Assembly: GCA_951406725.2 (NCBI GenBank)
Contig: OX597824.1
Span: 57,536,001-57,600,000 of the forward strand
DNA length: 64,000 bases
Origin: Octopus vulgaris
Lineage: Eukaryota
Direction of reading: 5' to 3'
The notes beneath the pieces are model-generated. The model was not told where the DNA came from, made no database searches, and was given only the letters and a program-made list of their open reading frames with translations. The first letter of the stretch is position 1. Every line of letters begins with the position of its first letter. A program made the translations under genes and the position numbers. Shown here piece after piece: positions 40,139 to 53,720 of the stretch.

Positions 40139-40275
40139 AAATGTTCACTATAAAATTATTTTAGCATTTTCTATTTTTGACTTGTTTTTTCATATATATA
40201 TATATATATATATATAGATAGATAGATATATGTATATATACACACACGTATACATGTATTGGTCCAGGCCATGTG

Positions 40276-40339
<64 letters not shown>

Positions 40340-40355
40340 AATATATGTATATATA

Positions 40356-41965
40356 CAGTTGCGGCCAAAATGTTCAGAACGGCATTGTTTTCGTCAGAAA
40401 AGTAGTTATAAGTTTTTATTAAAGTTGTTTTATATTCTATAATTTTCACGGACAATAAATACGATATTAATTGGTATTGTCTGAGATTTTGGTGTAATTT
40501 GAGTGGATGATACAAAAGTTATGGATGATATAGTGATTTACTGCAAAAGCCATGGTGGCCAGAATGATCAGAACGGTTGAAAAAATAAAAAAATAATCAA
40601 AAAGTGACAGAGAATGCAGGAATTATTTCATATTTAGTGTGAAGCCCTTTAGCTTCAATCAAAGTTTGACATTTTTGACTGCATGGGGAAATTAAATTTT
40701 CAATTCCTTGCTGGGTGATCTTATTCCATTCTTCCTGAAGGGCATTCCATAAATGCTCGGTTGTTTTAGGATTTCTGGCTTTCAAACGTTCTCCTAGAAT
40801 ATTCCACACATTTTCAATAGGATTGAGGTCTGGGCTTTGAGCAGGCCAATCCATAACAATAACCTTTTCAGCCTTGAGGAAGTTCATGACCACCTTAGCC
40901 TTGTGACATGGGGCATTGTCCTGCATGAATATGAGTGGTCGCTTAGTTGAATTTCTCAGCACAGGCAAGACATGATCTTTTACAAGTTGTTTATAAGCTC
41001 CTGCATTTACCTTTCCATGTAATCGCAGCAAAGGGCCCACAACATCTCCAGGTATCATCCCCCAAACCATGACACTTCATCCACCGAATTTAACACTAGT
41101 CTTAAGGCATTTAGGTGACAATTTTTCACCTGCTTTTCCCATCTGAGCCAAATAACATAGACTTAGATTCATCACTGAAATGCACCGTTTGCCATTTTTC
41201 TTGAGACCACAACACATATTCGGTTGCAAAGGTAAGACGACACTTTTTATTCTTGGAGCTTCACTGCAGATGCTCTTGCTTGTAGGTCATGTTCAACTAA
41301 AGGACGAGACACAGTTTTTCGAGATAAAATTTTCTTCAGTACAATGCTCATTTCCCGAAAAACAGCAGCAGCAGTTTTAAATCTGTCCATCTGTCCTTTT
41401 TAACCAACTTTACCATAGCACGATCTTCTCTCTTGGTCGTTTTCCTTGGCCTACCTGTAGACTTTCTTGCTTCACACGAACCACAATCATCGTAGACCTT
41501 AAGAATACCGTGAACAACACTTTTTGACTTGTTAACAATCTTTGCAATAGACCTAATACTTAAATTATGCTTCTTTCGAAGCTTAATAATCTGCTGACGA
41601 ATTGGTAACGGAGTAAGTGGCATTATATTAACAAAGTATACTGCAAATATTCTTACTAATGTTTAGTAAACGAACTGTCACGTAAACAAATTCAAAACAT
41701 TAGAGTTCGACGGTTAAATATACTAAAACATGGAGTAAAAGCAACCGTTCTGATCATTTTGGTCGCCATCGGTTTTGCAGTAAATCACTAAATCATCCAT
41801 GACTTTTTCATTATCCTCTCAAATTACACCAAAATCTCAGACAATAACAAATAATATCGTTTTTATTGTCTGTGAAAATTATAGAATATAAAACAACTTT
41901 GATAAAAACTTATACCTACTTTTCTGACGAAAACAATGCCGTTCTGAACATTTTGGCCGCAACTG
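40356..41965 (-). mobile_element. full-length Tc1 element with long IR/DR-type TIRs, transposase pseudogene
   Basis: ~225-bp TIRs cagttgcggccaaaatgttcagaacgg with inner direct repeat, TA flanks; GRPRKTT, FSDESK, MQDNAPCH, SPDLNPIENVW; frameshifts. Confidence 0.95.
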
Positions 41966-42017
41966 TATATGTATATATATATGTATATAAATATATATAT
42001 ATATGTATATATATATA

Positions 42018-42078
<61 letters not shown>

Positions 42079-42411
42079 ATATATATATATACATTTATAC
42101 ATACATACCACACCACATATATCAATCTGGCTATATACAGATTTTTTCACACATGCACACATGTGCATACATATATAATAATGTATACACATACACGCAC
42201 ACACACACACATATATATGTATATATGTAAAATGAATATATTAATAAATAAATATTGGCATCCTTTCTGTCTCGGGAGAGATATAGATGAAGAGGCATGC
42301 ATGTATATATATTTATCGACATACATATGCATACACATGCATATGGAGTCAAATGTATCTATATATATATCATATATGAATGTGGTCTCATATATATATA
42401 TATATATATAT

Positions 42412-42642
42412 TTCTTTACTGCCCACAAGGGGCTAAACATAGAAGGGACGAACAAGGACAGACAAAGGGATTAAGTCGATTACATCGACCCCAGTGCGTA
42501 ACTGGTACTTAATTTATCGACCCCGAAAGGATGAAAGGCAAAGTCGACCTCGGCGGATTTTGAACCCAGAACACTTAACGGCAGACGAAATACGGCTAAG
42601 CATTTCGCCCGGCGTGCTAACGTTTCTGCCAGCTCGTCGCCC
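42412..42642 (-). mobile_element. SINE family B (second tail type)
   Basis: Near-consensus copy. Confidence 0.9.
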
Positions 42643-43239
42643 TGATATATATATATATGTATGTATGTATGTATATATATATATGTGATCGTATAGAAGT
42701 TCACATAAATATATATATATAGATATAAACTCCCACAAACACACACACACAGACATATATACACATTCATATATACACATACATACGTATAAGTACAAAA
42801 ACATAGATACATACGCACATATATGCATAAAATAGAGCACATATACATATAAGAAATATAGACTTGCGCATGCATATCTAAATACACACACAAACACACA
42901 TAGACTCATACACAGACACACACGCATATCTACATACTTACACAGATTCACAGGGGTACATAAATATGCAAAATAAATAGTTATATGTCTAAGTAGATAC
43001 ATACATAGATAGGTACATATACAGGAATACATAGATATATGCACAAGGAATATGGCCATCCGAACAAAGAGGAGAGCAGTAAAAGCTCCAATATGAGAAA
43101 GACAAAATTATCTGGTAGTTCAAGTGAGAATAAGTTTATGATAGGAGTCCAATGATGCGTGCAGATTTAGAGAATCTTGTTTCAATGATTTGGGTTGTTA
43201 GCTTCGATATTCATTTAGAAGAGAGTCTGAAAATTCTAA

Positions 43240-43453
43240 GAATCTTGTGGTTGCATCTGATAATCAGCTATTTCGTTTGTTAAGAAGTGAGACAGTAAGA
43301 TTTCATCAGTTGTTTTCTGGCTGCCATATCGTCACGGCTTTTGTTCTTCCATGTATGGGGCAGCAAATTTCACAATGCTCCATTGTAATCTGTATTGAGT
43401 GTTTTGATTTTTGAACTGCCATACGTACTCAGCCAGTGAAGCAGAATGGGCCA
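43240..43453 (-). pseudogene. PLE GIY-YIG C-terminal remnant
   Basis: HSASLAEYVWQFKNQNTQYRLQWSIVKFAAPY..LLNKRNS..RCNH. Confidence 0.6.
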
Positions 43454-43971
43454 TTTTCTCTTCTCTTTCTTTTCTTTTTCTCTTTTTCTCATTGTCTTGG
43501 ATTCTGTCTTCTTTAAACTATCTCTATTCCTAGGACATATTTTCACTTTCTTTCACTTGCTTTCAAAGGAATTCTGCATACACCTATACTTATACACACA
43601 CATACATATATAGATAAAATTTTATCTTATGCCACTTTTTGGAGGCATATTGCCCCAGCAATATCGTTAAATTAATAATCATGTGGGTTAACGGCTACAC
43701 ATACACACATATATTAATATATTTAACACAAATTCTCATGTCTCAATTTTTGTTGGCTAGTTTTCCTTTTAGCGTCACGTTGAAATCAATGGCTGCAATG
43801 CAAAAGGTGAAAAGACAGAGATAAAGTATTATAAGGAAGTTGGATTAAATAGATAAAAAAGATTGGTTGGAGAAGGACCGAATGGGAAAGGGTGAAGATA
43901 GTGGTAGAAAGATAGATACAGAGATAATGTGAGAGAGAAAGAAAGGAAAACAGCGAGAGAATCCATATATA

Positions 43972-44007
<36 letters not shown>

Positions 44008-44062
44008 TGTATGTATGTATGTATGTATGTATGTATGTATGTATGTATGTATGTATATGTAT

Positions 44063-44093
<31 letters not shown>

Positions 44094-44649
44094 CATACAT
44101 ACAGAAAGAAGGGGAGAGAGAAAGAGAGAGAAGGAGGGATAGAGAAAGAGAGAGAGAGAGAGAGAGCAAAATATTCAAAAGTATATTGTGCGTGACAGAC
44201 AATCATGCGAACAGACAGAGAAATATAGAAAAGAGTGAAAAAGGAATGGTGAGAAAGGAAGAGATAGCAGGAGTAAGAGGGGAGTGGTGAAAAAAGTAAG
44301 CTATGCAATAGAATAGGAGAAAATTAGAGTGGTAATATGATAACAGAATTATTGAGAATGGGTAAATGAGATAGAGAATGATGGCGGTACAAAATGGAAA
44401 ACACTATTGATATTGTGTTAGGGGTAGGTGTAACATCTTTTGGAATGAAGTGGGGAGAGTAGCGGCAGAATTTGACTGAAAGAATAAATGAAAATAGTAG
44501 CGAGTTAGAGAGAGGACCAATTGAGATCTAGTTGATATCAACTACACTCTAGGAAACTGCATATTGAATCCTCATATTAACTATAGCCTTCCCAAATTTA
44601 TACTGTGTATATTCCATATATATGAATAAAAGAAATATATGTCTATTTT

Positions 44650-44905
44650 TTATCTTTTACATGGTTCGGTCATTAGAAACATTAAAGTCTAACGAATCGA
44701 CATCAGTACAAGTTCTTTTTAAGCTTGATATTTATTCTATCGGGCTTTTTGTTGAAGCGCTAGAACACTAGGCTATAAACGCACCAACACATATGTTCGA
44801 TAGAATTCTTTCAGTTTCCTTTTGCCTAATTCACTCACAAGGCTTCGGTCAACTTGCGATGCGACTGAGCCCAGAACCATGTGGTTGGGAAGCAAACTTC
44901 TTACG
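44650..44905 (-). mobile_element. SINE family A (old)
   Basis: cagaaccatgtggttgggaagcaaacttctta and tttcagtttcc. Confidence 0.6.
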
Positions 44906-45670
44906 ACAATATATTAGTGAGAGTGAGAGAGAAAGAGAAAGAGAGAGAGGGAGAGGGAGAGAGAGGGGGAGGGAGAGATAGAAAACTATATGAGTGATGA
45001 GAATAATGATGGAATGTGAATAGAAGCATAAAGTGTACAGTTGTATTGCAGATTCAGTTTCGCCACGCAGCCTCTGATTAGATTTAACTGCGCGAAATCT
45101 TGGGCAAGGGCCTTTTAACATCACCTCAAGTTAAACAAAAGCTTATAAATGAGGCTGATTAACAGAAACTGTATAAGTGACTCAGGTAGTACAGTGTTGT
45201 ACATATTGTGTCACACTAACTCTATCTCGGAATTGCGTAAAGGGTACACGTGTCTTGGGGATACTTGGACGCTAATTCAATGACTGTGCATTCCGGTAGA
45301 TCAAACAACTGGATCATCACCGTATAAATCGATGGAAATCAATTTCTCCTTTGCTATATGTCAACTCCCATCATCCCAGAACAACTACTGTGAACGGAAT
45401 GTGAACCCTGAATGTTGAGGTAAGTAGTAGACCGTGTAGGGAAGCAACCCAGCTGCCTCCTGTGTGTTTGCCTGAATGGTGGAGTATGCAGAAGTTAGAT
45501 TTAAGAAAACAAATCTACAATAATTTACAGTAACTATCCTAAATCCACAACATTCCATGTTGGTTGTAAAAAAATATATCATTACCAAGGCATGTCTTGT
45601 TGTTGTTGACGATGTTGTGGATGAAGAAGGAGGAGAAACAAGAGAAGAAAAAGAAGAAGGAGGAGGAGGG

Positions 45671-45702
<32 letters not shown>

Positions 45703-45986
45703 AAGAAGAAGAAGAAGAAGAAGAAGAAGAAGAAGAAGAAGAAGAAGAAGAAGAAGAAGAAGAAGAAGAAAAAGAAGAAAAAGAAGAAAAAGAAGAAAAC
45801 AACAGTGTTTATACAAACCCGACCTAAGTCAAGCAGAAGGACTGACTGATTCGAAGTGATGAGATGATGATGATGATGGTGATGAAGATGATGGCTGTTG
45901 TAAAAGTACACATATCTGGGGTCGCCTCAGCCTCGCAGATTACATCTGGCCTCATGTGTGTGTATGTGTGTGTGTGAGAGAGAGAG

Positions 45987-46048
<62 letters not shown>

Positions 46049-46142
46049 TTTAAATATCAGTGCATCTCTGTGCCCATATATCGTGTAACAATGTTTGTGA
46101 GACAGTGTGTATATAAGTGTGTTGGGTGTGGTTATATATGTA

Positions 46143-46201
<59 letters not shown>

Positions 46202-47576
46202 CAATGCATATGCATATATATGTGTATATACGTGTTTATATATTTATATATGCGTGTGTGTATATCTATATACACATAAATGAATATGCAATGTGTATAT
46301 ATATATACATACATACAAACGTACATGCACACACACATACACAAGCACCCACATACACACTCACACATATACAGATACACACGCGCGCGTGCACACACAC
46401 ACACATTCTACTTTCATTAAAACATTCCAATTCGGTTGAAATCTTCTGGCTGAATAACAAGAATCAGAAATAGCAGTCGCATTTTGGAGAGATTGTATCA
46501 TTTACTCTTTGCGCACACACGTACACACTCACTCTCTCTCTCTCTTTCTTTCTTTCTCTCCCCCACATACACACATACACACACATGCGCATATATACAT
46601 AGACACACATAAAATACCAGGTGTATTTTAAATATTGCTGGTGCTGTTCATTATCCTACACACGACAGAATTACATTGACAAATCTTCAAAGTCCCATTC
46701 AAAGAACTATTGAATTCAAAGGAACTGTTTCTTCTGTCTGATGCCGTTGTTATTGTTGCTGTTGTTGTTGTTTAATTGTAGATCAGTTTACGGAGATTTG
46801 CGTTCCAGCCGTTACCATCATGTCTTACCCGAATTTGCTCAGAGACTTCTCCATCTTCTGAACTCAAATTTAGCCCCTGATAGACTGTTGATGTGGCCTG
46901 TAGGAGCACGTTTGCTTCCATTTGTCTTTAGTTTCACCCCGTCCTTGTTTAGGCCATTCAACAACTCTATTTTTTTCCTTACTGTTGCTTCAGACAATCG
47001 TGAAAGGCGGATTAAGTCGGATTTCCATCTTGCTTGCATATAATTTGAGTTTATTCTCTTATGCGACTCCTCCTTTGTTTACCCCCGAAATATTTCCATT
47101 GTTTATATTTCCTGTCCATCACCACAAGACGAATGGATGGAACTGCTTCATAGAATCTCTGGGCAGTGCCTCGGTCTTACAAGAAGAGGCCTTAGTCTTT
47201 TCGATGCACTACGACGTCACCAATAATATTAGTAGTATTGAAAAAAGTGCTTCTTCTTTTCTTTACATCCTCTCACTCTGTCCTACAAGAGATGTTGTGA
47301 AACCAGCGGGTAGCAGCAACAACAACAGTAGCATGATCTTTATTCCTACAGACCTCTTATTGCCGCTTTCTCTATTACTATCTACACACACTTCTGTTTC
47401 TCTTTTCTTCATATTAATTGAGTAACTCCTAATGAATATATTTTCAAAAGACTGCGTCTGAGCTGGATTCGAAACACCTTCACTCATACAGTTCTATATT
47501 TAAGAGATGAGTTATTATGTACATTATTTACCTTATTTACATTTGACGGATATTTGTCCTCATCATGTTTGTTGTT

Positions 47577-47622
47577 AACACAATGTTTCGGCTGATATAC
47601 CGTCCAGCCTTCATCAGGCGTC
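47577..47622 (-). ncRNA. minimal type I hammerhead
   Basis: GACGC CTGATGA a GGCTG..CAGCC GAA ACAT T GTGTT. Confidence 0.75.
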
Positions 47623-47672
47623 TTGGAGAAATTTCGAACCTGGGTTCTCATCCCTAAGGTATTTTTCGATGT

Positions 47673-47703
<31 letters not shown>

Positions 47704-47705
<2 letters not shown>

Positions 47706-47776
47706 TCACTTCCTGGAATCGAACTCGGAATCTTGGGGTTAGTAGTCTGCGCTCTTAACCACTACGCCATATGCCC
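47704..47776 (-). pseudogene. tRNA-derived head (A box TGGCGTAGTGG, B box GTTCGATTCC, loop CT-ACT-AA)
   Basis: GGGCATATGGCGTAGTGGTTAAGAGCGCAGACTACTAACCCCAAGATTCCGAGTTCGATTCCAGGAAGTGACC; stems imperfect, not a functional tRNA. Confidence 0.8.
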
Positions 47777-47785
47777 AGGCAGTGA

Positions 47786-47889
<104 letters not shown>

Positions 47890-47941
47890 TCGATAAATTT
47901 CTTAGTTATGAGAACCGAACCCAGTTTCGAAATTTCCCCAA

Positions 47942-47987
47942 GTCACCTGATGAAGGCTGGAGGGTATATCAGCCGAAACATTGTGTT
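47942..47987 (+). ncRNA. minimal type I hammerhead (inverted copy)
   Basis: GTCAC CTGATGA a GGCTG..CAGCC GAA ACAT T GTGTT. Confidence 0.75.
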
Positions 47988-48116
47988 AACAACAAACAAG
48001 ATGAGGACAAATATCCGTCAAATATAAATAATGTAAATAAAGTACCTTCACTGATATTTGTTTATATGTGAGAACGAATTCTGTTGATGCTATTGTAATT
48101 ATTATTTGATAAGTTT

Positions 48117-48570
48117 AAGGCAGCGAGCTCGCAGAATCATTTCCACGCTGGGCAAAATGCTTAGCGACATTTCCTCTGTCCTTAACTTCTGAGTTCAAAT
48201 TCCGCCAATGTCGACTTTGCCTTTAATCTTTCGGCTGCGGATTATTAAGTACCAGTTGATTACTGGGATCGATGTAATCGGTTATTCATCTCCCCCAAAT
48301 TTCAGGCCTTGTGTCTATAATAGAAAATATTATTATTTACAGAGTTTAAGGCGGCGAGCTGGCAGAACCGTTAGCACACCGGGCAAAATGCTTAGCGGCA
48401 TTTCGTCTGTCCTTAAGTTGTGAGTTCAAATTCTGCCAAGGTCAACTTTACCTTTCATCCTTTTGGGGTCGTTAAATTAAATACTAGTGAAACACTGGGG
48501 TCGGTAAGATCGACTAGTCCCCTCCCACAAAATTTCAGGCCTTGTGCCTTTAGTAGAAAGGATTATTATT
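48117..48570 (+). mobile_element. two tandem family B SINEs
   Basis: aaggcagcgagc.. and aaggcggcgagctggcagaa.., each ending tagaaa..attattatt. Confidence 0.85.
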
Positions 48571-49299
48571 TACCGAGTCATTCATACCAGTATAATCTCT
48601 GTTAAATCTACAGCAATTTTTTTCATTGTTGTTTCAAAAAGTATTTTGTTTAATTTTAAAAGAATTTCTTTAGTAAATATTAATTTACTGGTTTATCACG
48701 CTTATTTTAATTGTTCTCACAAGGAGGCCTGCCACTTGTGGTCAACAGTGTCGCTGCACCGCATTGACATGAGGAACCAAGCATATCTATACATGACACC
48801 ACCTTAAACAATACCTTGCGGAGAAGTTGTTTAGTGTCGAGCTTCAGTGGAGCCCTGATAAATTTATATCAGTGTAAGACTTTGTGCAGAGTGGAATATC
48901 GCTTCCAAGCACCCTAAGACCAGCAGGATTCGCTTAGTTTATAGCCTCGAAATCTTTTCATATCTGTCGCAACAGTTTCGAATCACAGGATTGGCTTATC
49001 AAAGAAGTTGATTTACATCTTGAGAGGTGATATTACAGCCAAACCTCCATAAAAATCATATCCTACGATTTTATAGATGAAAGTATGTATTGGATTATGT
49101 GGTTCTTATGGATGGTTCTTATAGATAATTCGTTAAATTTATAGTTTTACAGCAGACTCCATTATAATTTTTTCCCGCAGTTTTTCTAGGTGCATCGTCT
49201 TAGTTGACCTCGTAAGCTGTCGTAAATGCATTTTTTCTGCGGAAAACGGTGGGGTGGGGTGGAACCTCGGAAATTCCCCTTTCCGACCCCATCTCATGC

Positions 49300-49354
<55 letters not shown>

Positions 49355-49355
<1 letters not shown>

Positions 49356-50436
49356 TAGCAGTATAGCCCGGCGTTGCTCGGGTTTGTTTTTTTGTTGCGC
49401 TTAAAACGGCAGACTTTGATGTCGCGATAACAAAGTTTTGACATAGTAATCTATGAAAAAAAGTATAGTGTGTCGATAATCGAGTTTGCTCTGAATATGC
49501 TGCAAATGTATAATGCCGACTTCAATTGTTGGTATTGTTGGTTAATATTCCTCCTATTAACATTATGGAAAAAAAAAATTACCCGTAGATTTAAAGCAAA
49601 ATGAAGCTCAAGTTTCGAACTGCACTGAAAATCTATCAAAAAGTTAACACTGTAAAAGTATTCATTAAGAAAAAGTACAGGAAAATCCAAAATGTTAGTA
49701 AGAACAGTTTGTGGTTACAAAAAAAACAAAACAAAAAATGTTATTTTGAAGCCAAACGGGTGGGCAACATAAATCGTGGTTGTACCTGTAAAATGAATAA
49801 AATCGACATCACGTATAACTTAAAAAATCGATAAAATCAAAACATACTCATTGAAGGCTTGATTTGAACATCGTAGATTGTAACAGCATGCAGATCGCAC
49901 ATGTTCTGTCTTACGCTCATGCAATTAGTTTTTCTCACAAAAAATCGATTGAAATTGCTGAATTGTACTCAACGCTGCAGCTGTTGACGACCTTGAAAAT
50001 TAGTGCATTGACGTAGCGAACATTACTCCTCTGCATTGGATCAGCTCAAAACTAATGACATCACAAAAATATTCTTTTTGACTCTTTAGAATTGGAATTT
50101 TTGAAAAGTAGCTTGTTATTCTCTTTAAGTGAACATTTTCCTGGTTGAAATATACCGAAAAATGGCGACACAGCAGTCAAAAAATCGTAAAAAATAGGGA
50201 TTTTCATAGAAAAAAAGCACTTTTTTTTTAATGTAAATAATTTTTGGTCTTAACATGGTCTGATTTGGATTTTTTCTTCTACGGATTGAAGAGCAAACCT
50301 TCTTCTATCATACTCTCAATTTTGGTCAACTTGCGTCGGAGGGTCTCGAAGGAGATAGTGTTAGTTGAAGGCTACCAAACCTGCCACACACACACACACA
50401 CACACACACAGACAACTTCAGCTTTATATATATAGA
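49355..50436 (-). mobile_element. non-autonomous Helitron (long form)
   Basis: A|TCTATATATATAAAGCTGAAG ... cccgagcaacgccggg ctatactg CTAG|T; AT target, no TSD. Confidence 0.9.
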
Positions 50437-50454
50437 TGTGTATATAATTTTGCT

Positions 50455-50800
50455 GCCTCAATAAAAATAATTGTTTTCTGTAGCAGAGATAAATAAATAC
50501 CTGGCCAGGTACTGCTTGAACGAATACTCGGCCTTTTCACACATTCTTTTAAATCTCGCCAAAAAACGTTCGATGTTTTGTGTGTGTATGTGTGCATGTG
50601 TGGTGTCAAAAATTTTTTCTTTGTGGTTTATCATGTAATGCTGATAACCCAATGTTTGTATATCTTTGTAAGCCGCCATAAGTGAGCCAGGTTTGATGTA
50701 TTTTTGAATTAGTGGAAGCAATGTCGTTTTGTCATGCTTCAGACGATCAGTCAGAGGAACAACAAAGCGACGTTTGCTAATCCGCTCAATCCCAGCGCAA
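50455..50800 (-). pseudogene. Merlin (IS1016/ISXO2-like) DDE transposase remnant
   Basis: GIERISKRRFVVPL..TLLPLIQKYIKPGS..AAY..GYQHYMINH..HTQNIERF..QYLARYLF. Confidence 0.8.
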
Positions 50801-51629
50801 AATCAAACATAAACATTTTAATTAGAATATACAATCTGTGAATAGAATTAATTGATTTTATGTATGAGGTCAATTAAGACGATAAAACGCAGGAGACTTG
50901 ATCTCAGTGAGATGGGAACTGAACATGTAAAAGGGCATGATTTAAATACTGCAAGGCACCTTACCGGCCGATCCACCTATTCGGTACCCATCATACGCAT
51001 CTTCTTCAATATTAAGTGCGGTTTGGAAGATGTCAAATTTGTGCCAAAGAACAGCTCCGGTAAAGAACATTTAACTATATTAGAAATACATAAAACGACA
51101 GTGTCTTCAAGTGGATAGTAACAAAACAAAACCAAAACAAAAAGCAACAAAAAATGACAGTTTCTTCAATTGGACAATAACAAACAGAAAAAAAGTGGTT
51201 TATTTGTGTGTGTCGGGAACTGTAGGTGTCTGGTATTAAAGAATTCTATTATACTAGAAAGAATACAATTAGATTCTTTTCAGAGTTTGGCCTTCAAGTC
51301 TTTCTTGACATTTTTTGTTTCTCAGAAGAGACTTGTGTATTTCTACTTGTTGATTCCTTCATTCAAATTAAATGTTCCGTCAAAGAATTGTTCTCATCAT
51401 GCTGTTTGAATCAGGCAACCAAGTGACAGCTGATATATAATTAGTAACGAATTACAAGCAAGAAAATATATGAAACAGCTCTTTTCGACTTCCTCTCCTT
51501 TACTCCACTTCCTCCTCTCTTCTGTTCTTGTTTGTTTCATTCAACACAGTTGCATAGAATTAGTGATAGCGATAATGATAGTAATAGTAGTAGTAGTAGT
51601 ATTAGCAGCAGCAGCAGCAGCAGCAGCAC

Positions 51630-51699
<70 letters not shown>

Positions 51700-53199
51700 C
51701 ATAGTGTAGCATGGTAGAGATTAGAAGAATGAAGTTCAATAAAGATGATGCGACATGTGATAATGCTCAAGAGCCTCCATTTTATACTCTCCTCTCTTCT
51801 TCCTCATACTCTCTAACGTCTTCATCTTTTTCCTTTCATGACTCTTTGTCTCTCTCTTTATCCGTTCTGTCTTCCTTTTTCCTTGCTCCATATTTTCCTC
51901 TCATATTTTCCTATTTTATATGTGTTTTTCAGCAGAAGTATTTCTCGCCCCCACTCCTTTTGCATGGTTTTAATAAATATTCTTAACATTTAGCGGTGTT
52001 TTTACAATCAGTTCTATCTTAAACTTCTTATCTTCAGACAAAAAAGGAACCAAATCAAACTTTAACATTTTAAAAACGAAGGACACGTTAGAAAATATTG
52101 TTCTAGATGCACAAATACATATATTCAAGCCAACAAGCACATACATAAAAACCGACACTACAAGCATAAATACAAACGTAGATATATATATCTACAGTAT
52201 ATATGTACGCACAATATGCCGAGGAAGAGAGACAGATAGCGAGAGAGAGAGAGAGAGGCAGGAAGGAAGAAGGAAGAGAGAGGGAGAGTGGATTATGTGA
52301 ATAAGAGAGAGAGAAACAGAGAGAGAATGAAGGAGAGAGTAGATTGTGTGTAAGAGAGAAAAAGAAAGGGAGAGAGTGTGGATTGTGAGAGGGAGAGTGG
52401 ATTGTGTGTAAGAGAAAGAGAGACAGACAGACAGAAAGAAAGAAAGAAAGAGAGAATTGGAGAGAGTGGATTGTGTGTAAGCTAGTGAGAGAAAAAAGGA
52501 GAGAGAGAGAGCGATATCAACTTTCGACTTATCTACTTCTATACCACTGCTATGATAGTGAGACGTACGACCGGGAAATGCGACGTCTTCAAATTTCAGA
52601 TCTCCATAAGATAACCACAATCAAGTGCCATTGATGAAATGGAGACAGTCTCCTCTGAGAAGATCCATATTCTGGCTGATTGTAGAAATACGTTTGATAT
52701 TTCACAGTGATATAATCGTGATAGGTTAGCAATGAAACACTAGTGTGAGAATATGAGGTGTTAGATTTAAATTAAGATGATATTTCGCTCGGGACTTCCA
52801 TATTTCTTCATCTACAATACAGTAATTATGATATAGCACTTTGAGTTTCGCCCTCTCTGTCTCCTTCGTTCTGTCCAGCTCTCTTTTAAATATGATATAT
52901 GTATGTGTGTGTGCGCGTGTGTGCGCGTGTTTGTGTGTGTGTTTGTTTGTGTGTGTTTGTGTGTGTGTCTGTACGTGTGTGTACATATAAAGACGTGCAT
53001 ATAGATATATAAGTATAGACATATAATCGGCATACATGTATTATACAACTCTTTCTTTGCTAGCGTGTATGTATACGTGTGTGTATGTGTGTAAAAAGCA
53101 GTAGATATACAAACTAAAAGAAGTAAATAAAGTGTGCGTGAACACACTCATTTATGTAGGTTTGTGTGTGCGCGTGTGTGCGTGCGTGTGTATGTGTGC

Positions 53200-53248
<49 letters not shown>

Positions 53249-53334
53249 TGTATGTATGTATGTATTAGTGTGTGTGAGTATATATATATATGTATGTATT
53301 AGTGTGTGTGTGAGTATATATATATATATATTAG

Positions 53335-53710
53335 TGTGTGTGGTAAGAAGCTTGCTTTCCAGCCACATAGTTCCTGGTTCAGTCCCACTGCGTGGCATCT
53401 TGGGAAAGTGTCTTCTACTATAGCCTCAGGCTGACCTAAGACTTGTGAGTAGATTTGGCAGAAGGAAACTCAAAGAAGCCCGTCATATATATGTATATAT
53501 ACCGGTATGTGTGTATGTTTTAGTGTTTGTGCTGTCTCACCAACCGGTGCTGGCGTGTTTACGTCCCCATAACCTAGCGGTTCGGCAAAAGACACCGATA
53601 AAACAAGTACCAGGTTTTAAGAAATATATGCTAGAGTCGATAGATTCAAACAAAACTTCTTTAAGGCAGTACCACAGTATAGTCACAGTCTAATCACTGT
53701 AAAACATAAG
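53335..53710 (+). mobile_element. SINE family A
   Basis: tgtggtaagaagcttgc..ggttcagtcccactgcgtggc..tail. Confidence 0.85.
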
Positions 53711-53720
53711 AGATATACTA

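Larger units (their letters stand above)
38211..40195 (+). mobile_element. young 5'-truncated Penelope-like element (Neptune-type) with inverted 5' pLTR tail
   Basis: 38211-38260 is the reverse complement of 40148-40197; ORF and HHR inside; (TA)n flanks. Confidence 0.92.

Noticed and set aside
46741-47487. Overlapping ORFs as a host exon
   Set aside because: No recognisable domain or splice pattern; more likely decayed LINE sequence next to (CAA)n.
47704-47776. Functional tRNA-Ser(ACT) gene
   Set aside because: Anticodon and T stems pair poorly, the variable arm is short, and it lies inside a repeat; treated as a SINE-type head.
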